From Eubacteriales bacterium (GTDB taxonomy: Bacteria > Bacillota > Clostridia > Oscillospirales > CAG-272): a stretch of DNA of 64,000 nucleotides. This document shows positions 26,488-34,035 of this stretch, piece after piece; position 1 is the stretch's first letter; each line of letters starts with the position of its first letter. Location: the NCBI GenBank assembly GCA_045577755.1, contig JAZNJA010000090.1:2144-66143 (forward strand), in the 5' to 3' direction. A program made the translations under genes and the position numbers. Below the pieces are notes generated by a model. It ran no database searches. It had not been told where the DNA came from and saw nothing but the letters and a program-made list of their open reading frames with translations.

Positions 26488-27552
26488 TCAGTCGATAGCC
26501 AGAGTCCAACCGAACTTGTCCTCGATCTTGCCCCACTGGATACCCGTCAGAGTATCGTACAGGTGCTGGGTGACCTCGCCGATCTTGCCACCGTTTACGG
26601 TGTACTTCTTATCCTTGTAGCACAGCTCGCCGATGGGAGAGACCACGGCGGCGGTACCGGTGCCCCAGGCCTCCTCCAGGGTGCCGTTCTCCATGGCCTC
26701 GGCCAGCTCGTCCACGCTGATGAGACGCTCGCTGACCTTGTAGCCCTCGGAGCGCAGGACCTCCAGGCAGGACATACGGGTGATACCGGGCAGGATGGAG
26801 CCCGAGAGCATGGGGGTCACGATCTCGCCACCTATTTTGAACATGACGTTCATGGCGCCCACCTCCTCGATGTACTTGCGGTGGACACCGTCCAGCCACA
26901 GCACCTGGGCATAGCCCTTCTTCTCGGCGCGTGCACCGGCACGGTTGGAGGCGGCGTAGTTACCGCCGCACTTGGTGTAGCCCGTACCGCCCTTGACGGC
27001 TCGGACGTCCTCGTCCTCGATCATGATACCAACGGGGTTGATGCCCTCCTTGTAGTAGCTGCCCACAGGAGAGGCGATGATCATGAAGGTGGTGTGATGG
27101 ACGGCGTGCACACCCAGGGTCTCGTCGTTACCGAACATCAGGGGACGGAGGTAAAGAGAGGTACCGGGGGCGGAGGGAGTCCAATCCTGCTCCATGTTCA
27201 CGAAGGCGGTCAGCACCTCCATGCCCAGCTCCTCGGGGATCTCGGGCAGGCACAGACGCTCGGCGGAGCGGTTCAGACGGCGGATGTTCTCAATGGGGCG
27301 GAAGAGCTGGACCTTACCGTCGGTGCGGCGGTAGGCCTTCAGACCCTCGAAGATCTCGGAGCCGTAGTGCAGGACCGTAGCGGCGGGATGGAGGGACAGG
27401 TTGCCGAAGGGGACGATGCGGGCGTCGTACCAGCCACGCTCGGGCTCGTACTCCATGAGGAACATATGGTCGGTAAAGATCTTACCGAAGCCCAGGGTGG
27501 AAGCGTCGGGCTTCTCCTTGGGGCAGGCGGTCTTGGTGATGGAAATATTCAT
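26488..27552 (-). CDS. ilvE: branched-chain amino acid aminotransferase
   Basis: 354 aa, class IV aminotransferase. LGFGKIFTDHMF, EGLKAYR, GGTGYTKCGGNYAAS. Confidence 0.92.
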   Translation of the reverse strand: MNISITKTACPKEKPDASTLGFGKIFTDHMFLMEYEPERGWYDARIVPFGNLSLHPAATVLHYGSEIFEGLKAYRRTDGKVQLFRPIENIRRLNRSAERLCLPEIPEELGMEVLTAFVNMEQDWTPSAPGTSLYLRPLMFGNDETLGVHAVHHTTFMIIASPVGSYYKEGINPVGIMIEDEDVRAVKGGTGYTKCGGNYAASNRAGARAEKKGYAQVLWLDGVHRKYIEEVGAMNVMFKIGGEIVTPMLSGSILPGITRMSCLEVLRSEGYKVSERLISVDELAEAMENGTLEEAWGTGTAAVVSPIGELCYKDKKYTVNGGKIGEVTQHLYDTLTGIQWGKIEDKFGWTLAID

Positions 27553-27634
27553 GACGGTGATTCCCTTTCATGTATGATTACCGAATGGGGCAGGGGCCCC
27601 ATGGGGGTTGCCAATATCCTTACGGGTATCGACT

Positions 27635-27744
27635 TTTTCCCAAGTACTTTTTTGAAAGTTTTGGGGATCCTTAAGGGACTTTTCTCAAAAGTCCCTTAAG
27701 CGGGTCAAGGGCAGAGCCCTTGTGGGGGGCAGGGGCAAAGCCCC
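27635..27744. repeat. intergenic palindromic repeat, family 2, between the oxidoreductase gamma gene and ilvE
   Basis: TTTTCCCAAGTACTTTTTTGAAAGTTTTGGGG; perfect hairpin CTTAAGGGACTTTT-CTC-AAAAGTCCCTTAAG (27670-27700); GGGCAGAGCCC; GGGGCAGGGGCAAAGCCCC. Confidence 0.45.
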
Positions 27745-27761
27745 TCGTTCTCCCGTTCTCC

Positions 27762-28295
27762 TCAGTAGTTCGCACCCAGCTCCAGAGCCTTGTAGTTCAG
27801 CTCCAGCATATCGGCGCGCTTGGCGGAGATGACCTTGGCGAGGGCGGCGTTGACGCCCTCCTCGTTGTACTCGCCCAGAGCGGCCAGAATCTTGCCCACC
27901 AGGATCATATTGCCCAGGGTGGGGATACCGTTCTCACCGGCCATGCGGGTGGCGGGGATGGCGTAGGCCTTGACGTCGGTGCGCTTCAGGGGGCGCTCGA
28001 TGAGGGAGGAATCGTAGAAGATCATGCCGCCCTTCTTGACGGCGGCCTCGTAGCGATCCAGAGAAGGCAGATTCATGGCCACCAGCACGTCGGGCTTAGC
28101 CACGATGGGAGAGCCCACCGCGCCGTCGGAGATGATGATGCCGCAGCTGGCGGTACCGCCGCGCATCTCGGGGCCGTAGGAGGGGAGCCAGCTCACGTTC
28201 TTGCCCTCGGTCAGGCCCTTGTAGGCTATGAACTTACCTGCGAACAGGATGCCCTGTCCGCCGAAGCCGGAAAAGAGAAATTCCTTGGTACTCAT
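27762..28295 (-). CDS. 2-oxoacid:ferredoxin oxidoreductase, gamma subunit
   Basis: 177 aa. [14 protein letters not shown] motif. Abuts the beta gene. Confidence 0.88.
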   Translation of the reverse strand: MSTKEFLFSGFGGQGILFAGKFIAYKGLTEGKNVSWLPSYGPEMRGGTASCGIIISDGAVGSPIVAKPDVLVAMNLPSLDRYEAAVKKGGMIFYDSSLIERPLKRTDVKAYAIPATRMAGENGIPTLGNMILVGKILAALGEYNEEGVNAALAKVISAKRADMLELNYKALELGANY

Positions 28296-29063
28296 TTAGT
28301 TTTCCTCCTTCTTGGCTGCCTCGGCAGCGGCGGTTCTGTCCTTGTACACGCCCAGAGGGTAGTAGGGGATCATCTTGTCGTCGATCCACTTCAACGCCGC
28401 CTGGGGAGTCATGCCCCAGTTGGTGGGGCAGGTAGAAAGGACCTCGATCAGCGAGAAGCCCTTGCCCTCCACCTGATTCCGGAAGGCTTTCTTGATGGCC
28501 TTCTTGGCGTTGCGGATCTGCTTGACGTTATTCACGGTGACGCGCTCCAGATACTCGGGGCCGTCCAGGGTGGCCAGCATCTCGCAGACGCGGATGGGGA
28601 AACCGCACTGCTTGACGTCACGGCCGTAGGGGGAGGTCTGGGTCACCTGACCGGGCAGGGAGGTGGGGGCCATCTGACCGCCGGTCATGCCGTAAATGGC
28701 GTTGTTGACGAAGATGACGGTGATGTTCTCGTTACGGGCGGCGGCGTGGACCGTCTCGGCCATACCGATGGAGGCCAGGTCGCCGTCACCCTGGTAGGTG
28801 AAGACGATGCTGTCGGGCAGGGCGCGCTTGACACCCGTAGCGATGGCGGGAGCGCGGCCGTGGGCGGCCTCGATCATATCGCAGTTGAAGTAGTTGTAGG
28901 CCATGACCGAGCATCCCACAGGGGCGATGCCGATGGCGTTACCTTCGATCCCCAGCTCGTCCATGACCTCGGCCACCAGACGGTGGATGATACCGTGGGT
29001 ACAGCCGGGGCAGTAGTGGAAGGGGATATCGTTCAGGGCATGAGGTTTATCGAAAACGACCAT
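28296..29063 (-). CDS. 2-oxoacid:ferredoxin oxidoreductase, beta (TPP-binding) subunit
   Basis: 255 aa. YCPGCTHG and GDGD...NN TPP-binding motifs. Confidence 0.9.
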   Translation of the reverse strand: MVVFDKPHALNDIPFHYCPGCTHGIIHRLVAEVMDELGIEGNAIGIAPVGCSVMAYNYFNCDMIEAAHGRAPAIATGVKRALPDSIVFTYQGDGDLASIGMAETVHAAARNENITVIFVNNAIYGMTGGQMAPTSLPGQVTQTSPYGRDVKQCGFPIRVCEMLATLDGPEYLERVTVNNVKQIRNAKKAIKKAFRNQVEGKGFSLIEVLSTCPTNWGMTPQAALKWIDDKMIPYYPLGVYKDRTAAAEAAKKEEN

Positions 29064-30136
29064 TAGTTGTTACCTCCGATTCTGGCGGCGGTCTCCTTGA
29101 TGCTCTCCAGCACCTGCTCGGGGGAGGGGATCATACCGCCGACGCGGTTGCAAAGGGTGACGGGGGCCTTGCCCTCGGTGGCCAGCATCACGTCCTCGAT
29201 CATCTGACCCATGGACAGCTCCACCGAAATGTAGGCCTTACAGGTAGCCAAAGAATCCTTGAACGCCTTCTTGGGGAAGGGCCACAGGGTGATGGGACGG
29301 ATCATGCCCACCTTGATGCCCATCTCGCGGGCGGCGTCCACGGCGTTGCGGGAGACGCGGGAGGCGATGCCGAAGGCGGCGATGCAGATCTCGGCATCCT
29401 CCATGCGGTAGGTCTCGTACATGACCTCGTTCTCTTCAATCACCTTGTAGCGCTCGTAGCGGGCAAAGTTCAGCTCCTCCAGCTCCTCGGGAACCAGGGA
29501 CAGGGAGTTGACGATGTTGTGGACGCGCTCCAGCTTGGTGCCGGTGGTAGCCCAGGGCTTCTCGATCTTCTCGCCCACCTTCAGGGCGTCCAGAGCCACA
29601 GGCTCCATCATCTGACCCATGGTACCGTCGGCAAGGATCATGGAGGTCATGCGGTACTTGTCGGCCAGATCGAAGCCGTGGACGGTGAGCTCGGCCATCT
29701 CCTGCACAGAGGAGGGGGCCAGGACGATCATGTGGAAGTCACCGTGACCGCCGCCCTTGGTGGCCTGGAAGTAGTCGGCCTGGGAGGGCTGGATACCGCC
29801 GAGACCGGGGCCGCCGCGCTGGACGTTGACCACCAGAGAAGGCAGATCAGCGCCCGCCAGGTAGGACAGACCCTCGCTCTTGAGGGAGATTCCGGGGGAG
29901 GAGGAGGATGTCATGACACGGGTGCCGGTGGAGGCCACGCCGTAGACCATGTTGATGGCCGCGACCTCGGACTCTGCCTGGAGGAACACGCCGCCGATCT
30001 TGGGCAGCCGCTTGGCCATGTAGGCCGCGATCTCGGTCTGGGGGGTGATGGGGTAACCGAAGTAGTGGCGGCAGCCCGCGATGATGGCGGCCTCCGCGAT
30101 GGCCTCGTTACCCTTCATAAGTACCTTATCTGCCAT
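29063..30136 (-). CDS. 2-oxoacid:ferredoxin oxidoreductase, alpha subunit (VorB/KorA-like)
   Basis: Start trimmed to MADKVLMKGNEAIAEAAIIAGCRHYFGYPITPQTEI (AAAGGAGAG RBS). 357 aa. Confidence 0.9.
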   Translation of the reverse strand: MADKVLMKGNEAIAEAAIIAGCRHYFGYPITPQTEIAAYMAKRLPKIGGVFLQAESEVAAINMVYGVASTGTRVMTSSSSPGISLKSEGLSYLAGADLPSLVVNVQRGGPGLGGIQPSQADYFQATKGGGHGDFHMIVLAPSSVQEMAELTVHGFDLADKYRMTSMILADGTMGQMMEPVALDALKVGEKIEKPWATTGTKLERVHNIVNSLSLVPEELEELNFARYERYKVIEENEVMYETYRMEDAEICIAAFGIASRVSRNAVDAAREMGIKVGMIRPITLWPFPKKAFKDSLATCKAYISVELSMGQMIEDVMLATEGKAPVTLCNRVGGMIPSPEQVLESIKETAARIGGNN

Positions 30137-30141
30137 GTCGG

Positions 30142-30360
30142 TCACTCTCCTTTCTCTACCTTGATGATGCAGTCGGGGCACATGGTGGCGCAGAAGGCGC
30201 AACCAATGCAGGCCTCGATGTTCTCTGCCACCACGGGGTGGTGACCCTTCTTGTTGATCTGATCCTCAGCCAGTGCCAGCACGTGCTTGGGGCAGACGTC
30301 CACGCAAAGGCCGCAGCCCTTGCAGTTGTCGGTTTTGAAGGTCAATTTACATTTTGCCAT
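30142..30360 (-). CDS. 2-oxoacid:ferredoxin oxidoreductase, delta subunit (2x[4Fe-4S] ferredoxin)
   Basis: Start trimmed to MAKCKLTF (AAGGAG RBS). CKGCGLCVDVCP and CIGCAFCATMCP cluster motifs. 72 aa. Confidence 0.88.
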   Translation of the reverse strand: MAKCKLTFKTDNCKGCGLCVDVCPKHVLALAEDQINKKGHHPVVAENIEACIGCAFCATMCPDCIIKVEKGE

Positions 30361-30429
30361 ATGTTTACTCCTTGTTTCATTGAGCAAATTACACGGAATT
30401 ATTGGGACGGCACCCGCCTTCACGGATCC

Positions 30430-30536
30430 GTCATCCTGAGCGGAACGGAGCGCAGCGGAGTGCAGTCGAAGGATCTCTTCTTCCCCACAAGAGATCCTTC
30501 GGCTACGCGCGCGTCACGCGCTTTGCTCAGGATGAC
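30430..30536. repeat. palindromic module shared with the core of the 1284-1457 element
   Basis: GTCATCCTGAGCGG...GTCGAAGGATCTC / GAGATCCTTCGGC...GCTCAGGATGAC. Same arms as 1326-1422 but without the outer terminal repeats. Confidence 0.6.
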
Positions 30537-30568
30537 TCTTACCGGATCGGGGCATGATTTGAAGAGAA

Positions 30569-31237
30569 TCAAAGATACTTGTTTTTCTGCAGGCCCAGGG
30601 GGAACGCATTCGGCACCTTCCCTGCCACGGCGGGGTACAGCTCCTGTCTCACGGTGGTCATGACCACGGGAAGACCCGAAAGGCCGCTGACCTCCTCGGC
30701 GTAGGCCCCGGAGGCGAGGATATCCTCGGCGGTGGTCATGGCACCCAAGTTGGAGTTGTTGATCAACCCCGTGAAGCGGATGCCCCCCGCGAACTCGATC
30801 TCCCGCAGGACCTCCATGGTGGAGGCGGCGTCGCGGGTGAGAGGGCGGTAGCAGTTGATGACCATGAGCATCTCATAGTCGTTCTCCAAAAGGATCTTGG
30901 GAGCCAGACGGCCCAGCACCAAAGCTCCGCGGTCATCGCCGCCGATATCCAGGACGGCGGTCATGGAGCGGTCGTCGGTGAGGGCGTACATCTCCTGGGG
31001 AAGGGCGGGGATATCCACGTTACTGTTGGCGTAGGCCGAGCAGATGAGGCGGATGCCCTGCTGTTCAAAGAAGGCCGCGCTGTCCTTGGTGCGGAAGTAG
31101 GGGTTGACGATATCCAGATCCGCCACGGTGACGGTGTCGCGGGACTTCTTCAGCTCGGCGGCGATGTTCACCGCCACGTTGGTCTTGCCGCTGCCGTAGT
31201 GGCCGCAGAGGATGGTCAAGCGTTTGAGGGGATACAT
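30569..31237 (-). CDS. P-loop NTPase of the MinD/ParA/CooC-like (SIMIBI) type, 222 aa
   Basis: Start at MYPLKRLTILCGHYGSGKTNVAVNIA (deviant Walker A), GGGAGG RBS 7 nt upstream. 14 nt after the synthetase stop. Confidence 0.75.
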   Translation of the reverse strand: MYPLKRLTILCGHYGSGKTNVAVNIAAELKKSRDTVTVADLDIVNPYFRTKDSAAFFEQQGIRLICSAYANSNVDIPALPQEMYALTDDRSMTAVLDIGGDDRGALVLGRLAPKILLENDYEMLMVINCYRPLTRDAASTMEVLREIEFAGGIRFTGLINNSNLGAMTTAEDILASGAYAEEVSGLSGLPVVMTTVRQELYPAVAGKVPNAFPLGLQKNKYL

Positions 31238-31251
31238 GAGGTTGCCTCCCA

Positions 31252-33579
31252 TCACAGCTTATTGCGCTGGATCTTACCGCTGGTGGTCTTGGGCAGCTCG
31301 TCGCGGAAGACCACGATACGGGGATACTTGTAGGGGGCGGTGCGCTCCTTGACGTAGCGCTGGATCTCGCGCTTCAGCTCCTCGGTAGGCTCGGTTCCCT
31401 TCACCAGCACGATGGAGGCCTTGACCACCTGGCCGCGGACCTCGTCGGGCTCGGCGGAAACGCCGCACTCCAGGACGAAGGGCAGCTCCATGATGACAGA
31501 CTCGATCTCAAAGGGCCCGATGCGGTAGCCCGAGGACTTGATGACGTCGTCCACGCGGCCAACGAACCAGTAGAAGCCGTCCTCGTCCTTCCAGGCGGTA
31601 TCACCGGTATGGTAGTAGCCGTCGTGCCAGACCTCGGCGGTCTTGTCGGGAGCGTTGTAGTAGCCGGTGAACAGACCGCAGGGGGCGCCGTCAGCCACGC
31701 GGATGCAGATCTCGCCCGTCTCACCCACGGGAACGGGCTTACCGTCGGCATCCTGCAGTTCCACCTCGTAGATGGGGGCAGGCTTACCCATGGAGCCGAT
31801 CTTGTGGGGGGCGCCGGTGAGGTTACCGATGATCATGGTGGACTCGGACTGACCGAAGCCCTCCAGGATCTGGAGTCCCGTGGCCTTCTCGAACTGGCGG
31901 TAGACCTCGGGGTTGAGGGCCTCGCCCGCGGTGGTCATGTGGCGCACCGAGGAGAGGTCGTACTTGGAGATATCCTCCTTCACCATCATGCGGAGCATGG
32001 TGGGAGGGGCGCAGAAGGTGGTGATCTGGTGCTTGGCGAACATAGGAAGAATATCCGCCGCGTCGAAGCGGTCGAAATCGTAGACGAAGGTGGCCGCCTC
32101 GCAAAGCCACTGTCCGTAGAGCTTACCCCACATGGACTTGGCCCAGCCCGTGTCGGAGATGGTCAAATGGAGACCGTCGGGATGGACGTTGTGCCAGTAG
32201 CGGGCGGTATGGAAGTGACCCAGGGGGTACTTGTGGTTGTGAGCCGCGATCTTGGGGTAGCCCGAGGTGCCCGAGGTGAAGAACATGAGGAGCAGATCGT
32301 CGCCGCAGGGGGAGTCCTCGGTGCGGTTGAAGTGGGAGGAGAACAGGGTGTACTCCTCGTCAAAGGTACGCCAGCCCTCTCGCTCGCCGTTCACAATGAT
32401 CTTGTGCTTGAGGGTAGGACAATGCTCGGCGGCCAGATCCACCTGATGGGCGGTGTCGCCGTCGGCGGTGCAGAGGATAGCCGAGACACCCGCGGAGTTG
32501 AAGCGGTACTCGAAGTCATGCTCCTGGAGCTGGTTGGTAGCGGGGATGGCGATGGCACCCAGCTTATTCAGACCCAGCATGGCGAACCAGAACTGGTAGT
32601 GGCGCTTCAGCACCAGCATGACGCGGTCGCCCTTCTTGATGCCCAGGGACTTGAAGTAGTTAGCGCACTGGGCGGAGGCCCGCTTCATGTCCTTGAAGGT
32701 GAAGCGACGCTCGGTGTGATCGCGGGAGACGTGGAGCATGGCCAGTTTCTCAGGATCCTTCTCGGCCACGGCGTCCACCAGGTCGAAGGCGAAGTTGAAC
32801 TTATCGGTGTTCTTGAAGGTAATGGAGGTAGGCGTACCAAGAGCGTTCTCGGTGACGTCGATGAACTTACGCCAGACGCGGTCGCTCTGCTGGTCGCGGT
32901 GGACCGTGGTCTCCTTCTTGGTGGCGGGGACCGCCTCGGTGGGAGCCAACTCGGGAATAGGCTCGCCCGTGGGGTTGAGGACGATGGCGTAGAACACGCA
33001 GTCCTGACCGCCCACGGCGATCATACCGTGAGGGGTATCGGAATCGTAGTAGATGGTATCGCCCGCGCTGAGCACCTCGGTATGCTCGCCCACCTGGACC
33101 ATGAGCTTACCCTCGATGACGATATCCAGCTCCTGCCCCGCGTGGGTGGTCAGCTCGATGTCGCGGTGCTGGGCCTCCTCGGAGTAGGCGGAGCGCACGA
33201 ACAGAGGCTCGGCAATACGGTTCTGGAAGGCGTAGGCCATGTTGTAGTACACCATGCCGTGGGCCTTGGCGATCTCCTGCCCCGCACCCGCGCGGGTGAC
33301 GGTGTAGGACTTCAGCTTGGGGCTGTAGCCTTCAATAATTTCGGTGACGTTGACGTTCAGCGCCAGGGCGCAACGGTAGATGAACGCGAAGTTGAGGTCG
33401 CTCTGACCGCTCTCGCAGAGGAGGTACTCCTCCACCGACACGCCGGTCTTGGCGGCCATCTGCTGGGGCTCCAGCCCCTCGATCTCACGGAGGGCGCGGA
33501 TTCGACCCGCCATCTCCTTGATCTTAAAATCCAATCCGGACATGGAGGAGGGCTCCATCGTTTTGGTTATCTGATCCAT
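31252..33579 (-). CDS. fusion protein: XRE-type HTH plus cupin plus AMP-forming acyl-CoA synthetase (775 aa), paralog 1
   Basis: Start trimmed to MDQITKT (GAAAGGA RBS). HTH (LEPQQMAAKTGVSVEEYLLCESGQ). Cupin (HAGQELDIVIEGKLMVQVGE...GDTIYYDSDTPHGM). Synthetase (FFTSGTSGYPKIA, TGDTAWKDEDGFYWFVGRVDDVIKSSGYRIGPFEIES, PKTTSGKIQR). Confidence 0.88.
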   Translation of the reverse strand: MDQITKTMEPSSMSGLDFKIKEMAGRIRALREIEGLEPQQMAAKTGVSVEEYLLCESGQSDLNFAFIYRCALALNVNVTEIIEGYSPKLKSYTVTRAGAGQEIAKAHGMVYYNMAYAFQNRIAEPLFVRSAYSEEAQHRDIELTTHAGQELDIVIEGKLMVQVGEHTEVLSAGDTIYYDSDTPHGMIAVGGQDCVFYAIVLNPTGEPIPELAPTEAVPATKKETTVHRDQQSDRVWRKFIDVTENALGTPTSITFKNTDKFNFAFDLVDAVAEKDPEKLAMLHVSRDHTERRFTFKDMKRASAQCANYFKSLGIKKGDRVMLVLKRHYQFWFAMLGLNKLGAIAIPATNQLQEHDFEYRFNSAGVSAILCTADGDTAHQVDLAAEHCPTLKHKIIVNGEREGWRTFDEEYTLFSSHFNRTEDSPCGDDLLLMFFTSGTSGYPKIAAHNHKYPLGHFHTARYWHNVHPDGLHLTISDTGWAKSMWGKLYGQWLCEAATFVYDFDRFDAADILPMFAKHQITTFCAPPTMLRMMVKEDISKYDLSSVRHMTTAGEALNPEVYRQFEKATGLQILEGFGQSESTMIIGNLTGAPHKIGSMGKPAPIYEVELQDADGKPVPVGETGEICIRVADGAPCGLFTGYYNAPDKTAEVWHDGYYHTGDTAWKDEDGFYWFVGRVDDVIKSSGYRIGPFEIESVIMELPFVLECGVSAEPDEVRGQVVKASIVLVKGTEPTEELKREIQRYVKERTAPYKYPRIVVFRDELPKTTSGKIQRNKL

Positions 33580-33610
33580 GTTTGATCCTTTCTCGGGTGT
33601 CGCGAGGCGC

Positions 33611-33920
33611 ACCAAAAGCAAAGCAAGCGCACCCGTCCCAAAGTTTCGTTACTTTGAGACGAGTGCGCATAAATCATTTATACAGCACCCGCGGTACCAC
33701 TCAAATTGCGGAAAGCTCCGCCACTCAGTCGGGTCCATCAACCCGTAGACACTAACGCGGTCTGACTCGGAGCGGGTCTACTCTCACGGGATTTTTCCCA
33801 CGGTGATTTCTTCCGCTCGGCTCGGGAGCTACAAATACCGCGACCGTGTCGGTAGCTTACACCAACCGCTACCTCTCTTTGGACCGTGCCGTGGCATCCT
33901 CTCCGTCAATGCCTTTGATA
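33611..33920 (-). promoter_or_regulatory. T-box riboswitch leader 2 (inferred Val specifier GUA)
   Basis: AGAGAG, then GUAGC-GGUUGGUGUAA-GCUAC. T-box AAUUUGAGUGGUACCGCG. Terminator GCGCACUCGUCUCAAAGU...ACUUUGGGACGGGUGCGC followed by UUGCUUUGCUUUU. Specifier slot GUA-G at 33832..33829. Confidence 0.8.
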
Positions 33921-33926
33921 CAGATA

Positions 33927-33955
33927 ATTATAACACAACTTTGTTTGTTTGTCAA
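33927..33955 (-). promoter_or_regulatory. consensus sigma-A promoter driving T-box 2
   Basis: Minus strand: TTGACA, 17 nt, TGT-TATAAT. Confidence 0.7.
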
Positions 33956-34035
33956 TTATTTTATTTGGGTAAAACCACGCAAAATTTCCTGTCATGACAA
34001 GTAATTTTTTGTAGTATTTCACACCTTCCCGCGGC

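Noticed and set aside
33698-33712. TCAAATTGCGG in T-box leaders 2 and 3 (also at 36458-36472) resembles the AAATTGCGG terminus of the MITE-like elements.
   Set aside because: In the leaders it is the reverse complement of the conserved T-box region (CCGCAAUUUGAGUGGUACCGCG). The similarity does not extend further, so I treat it as coincidence.
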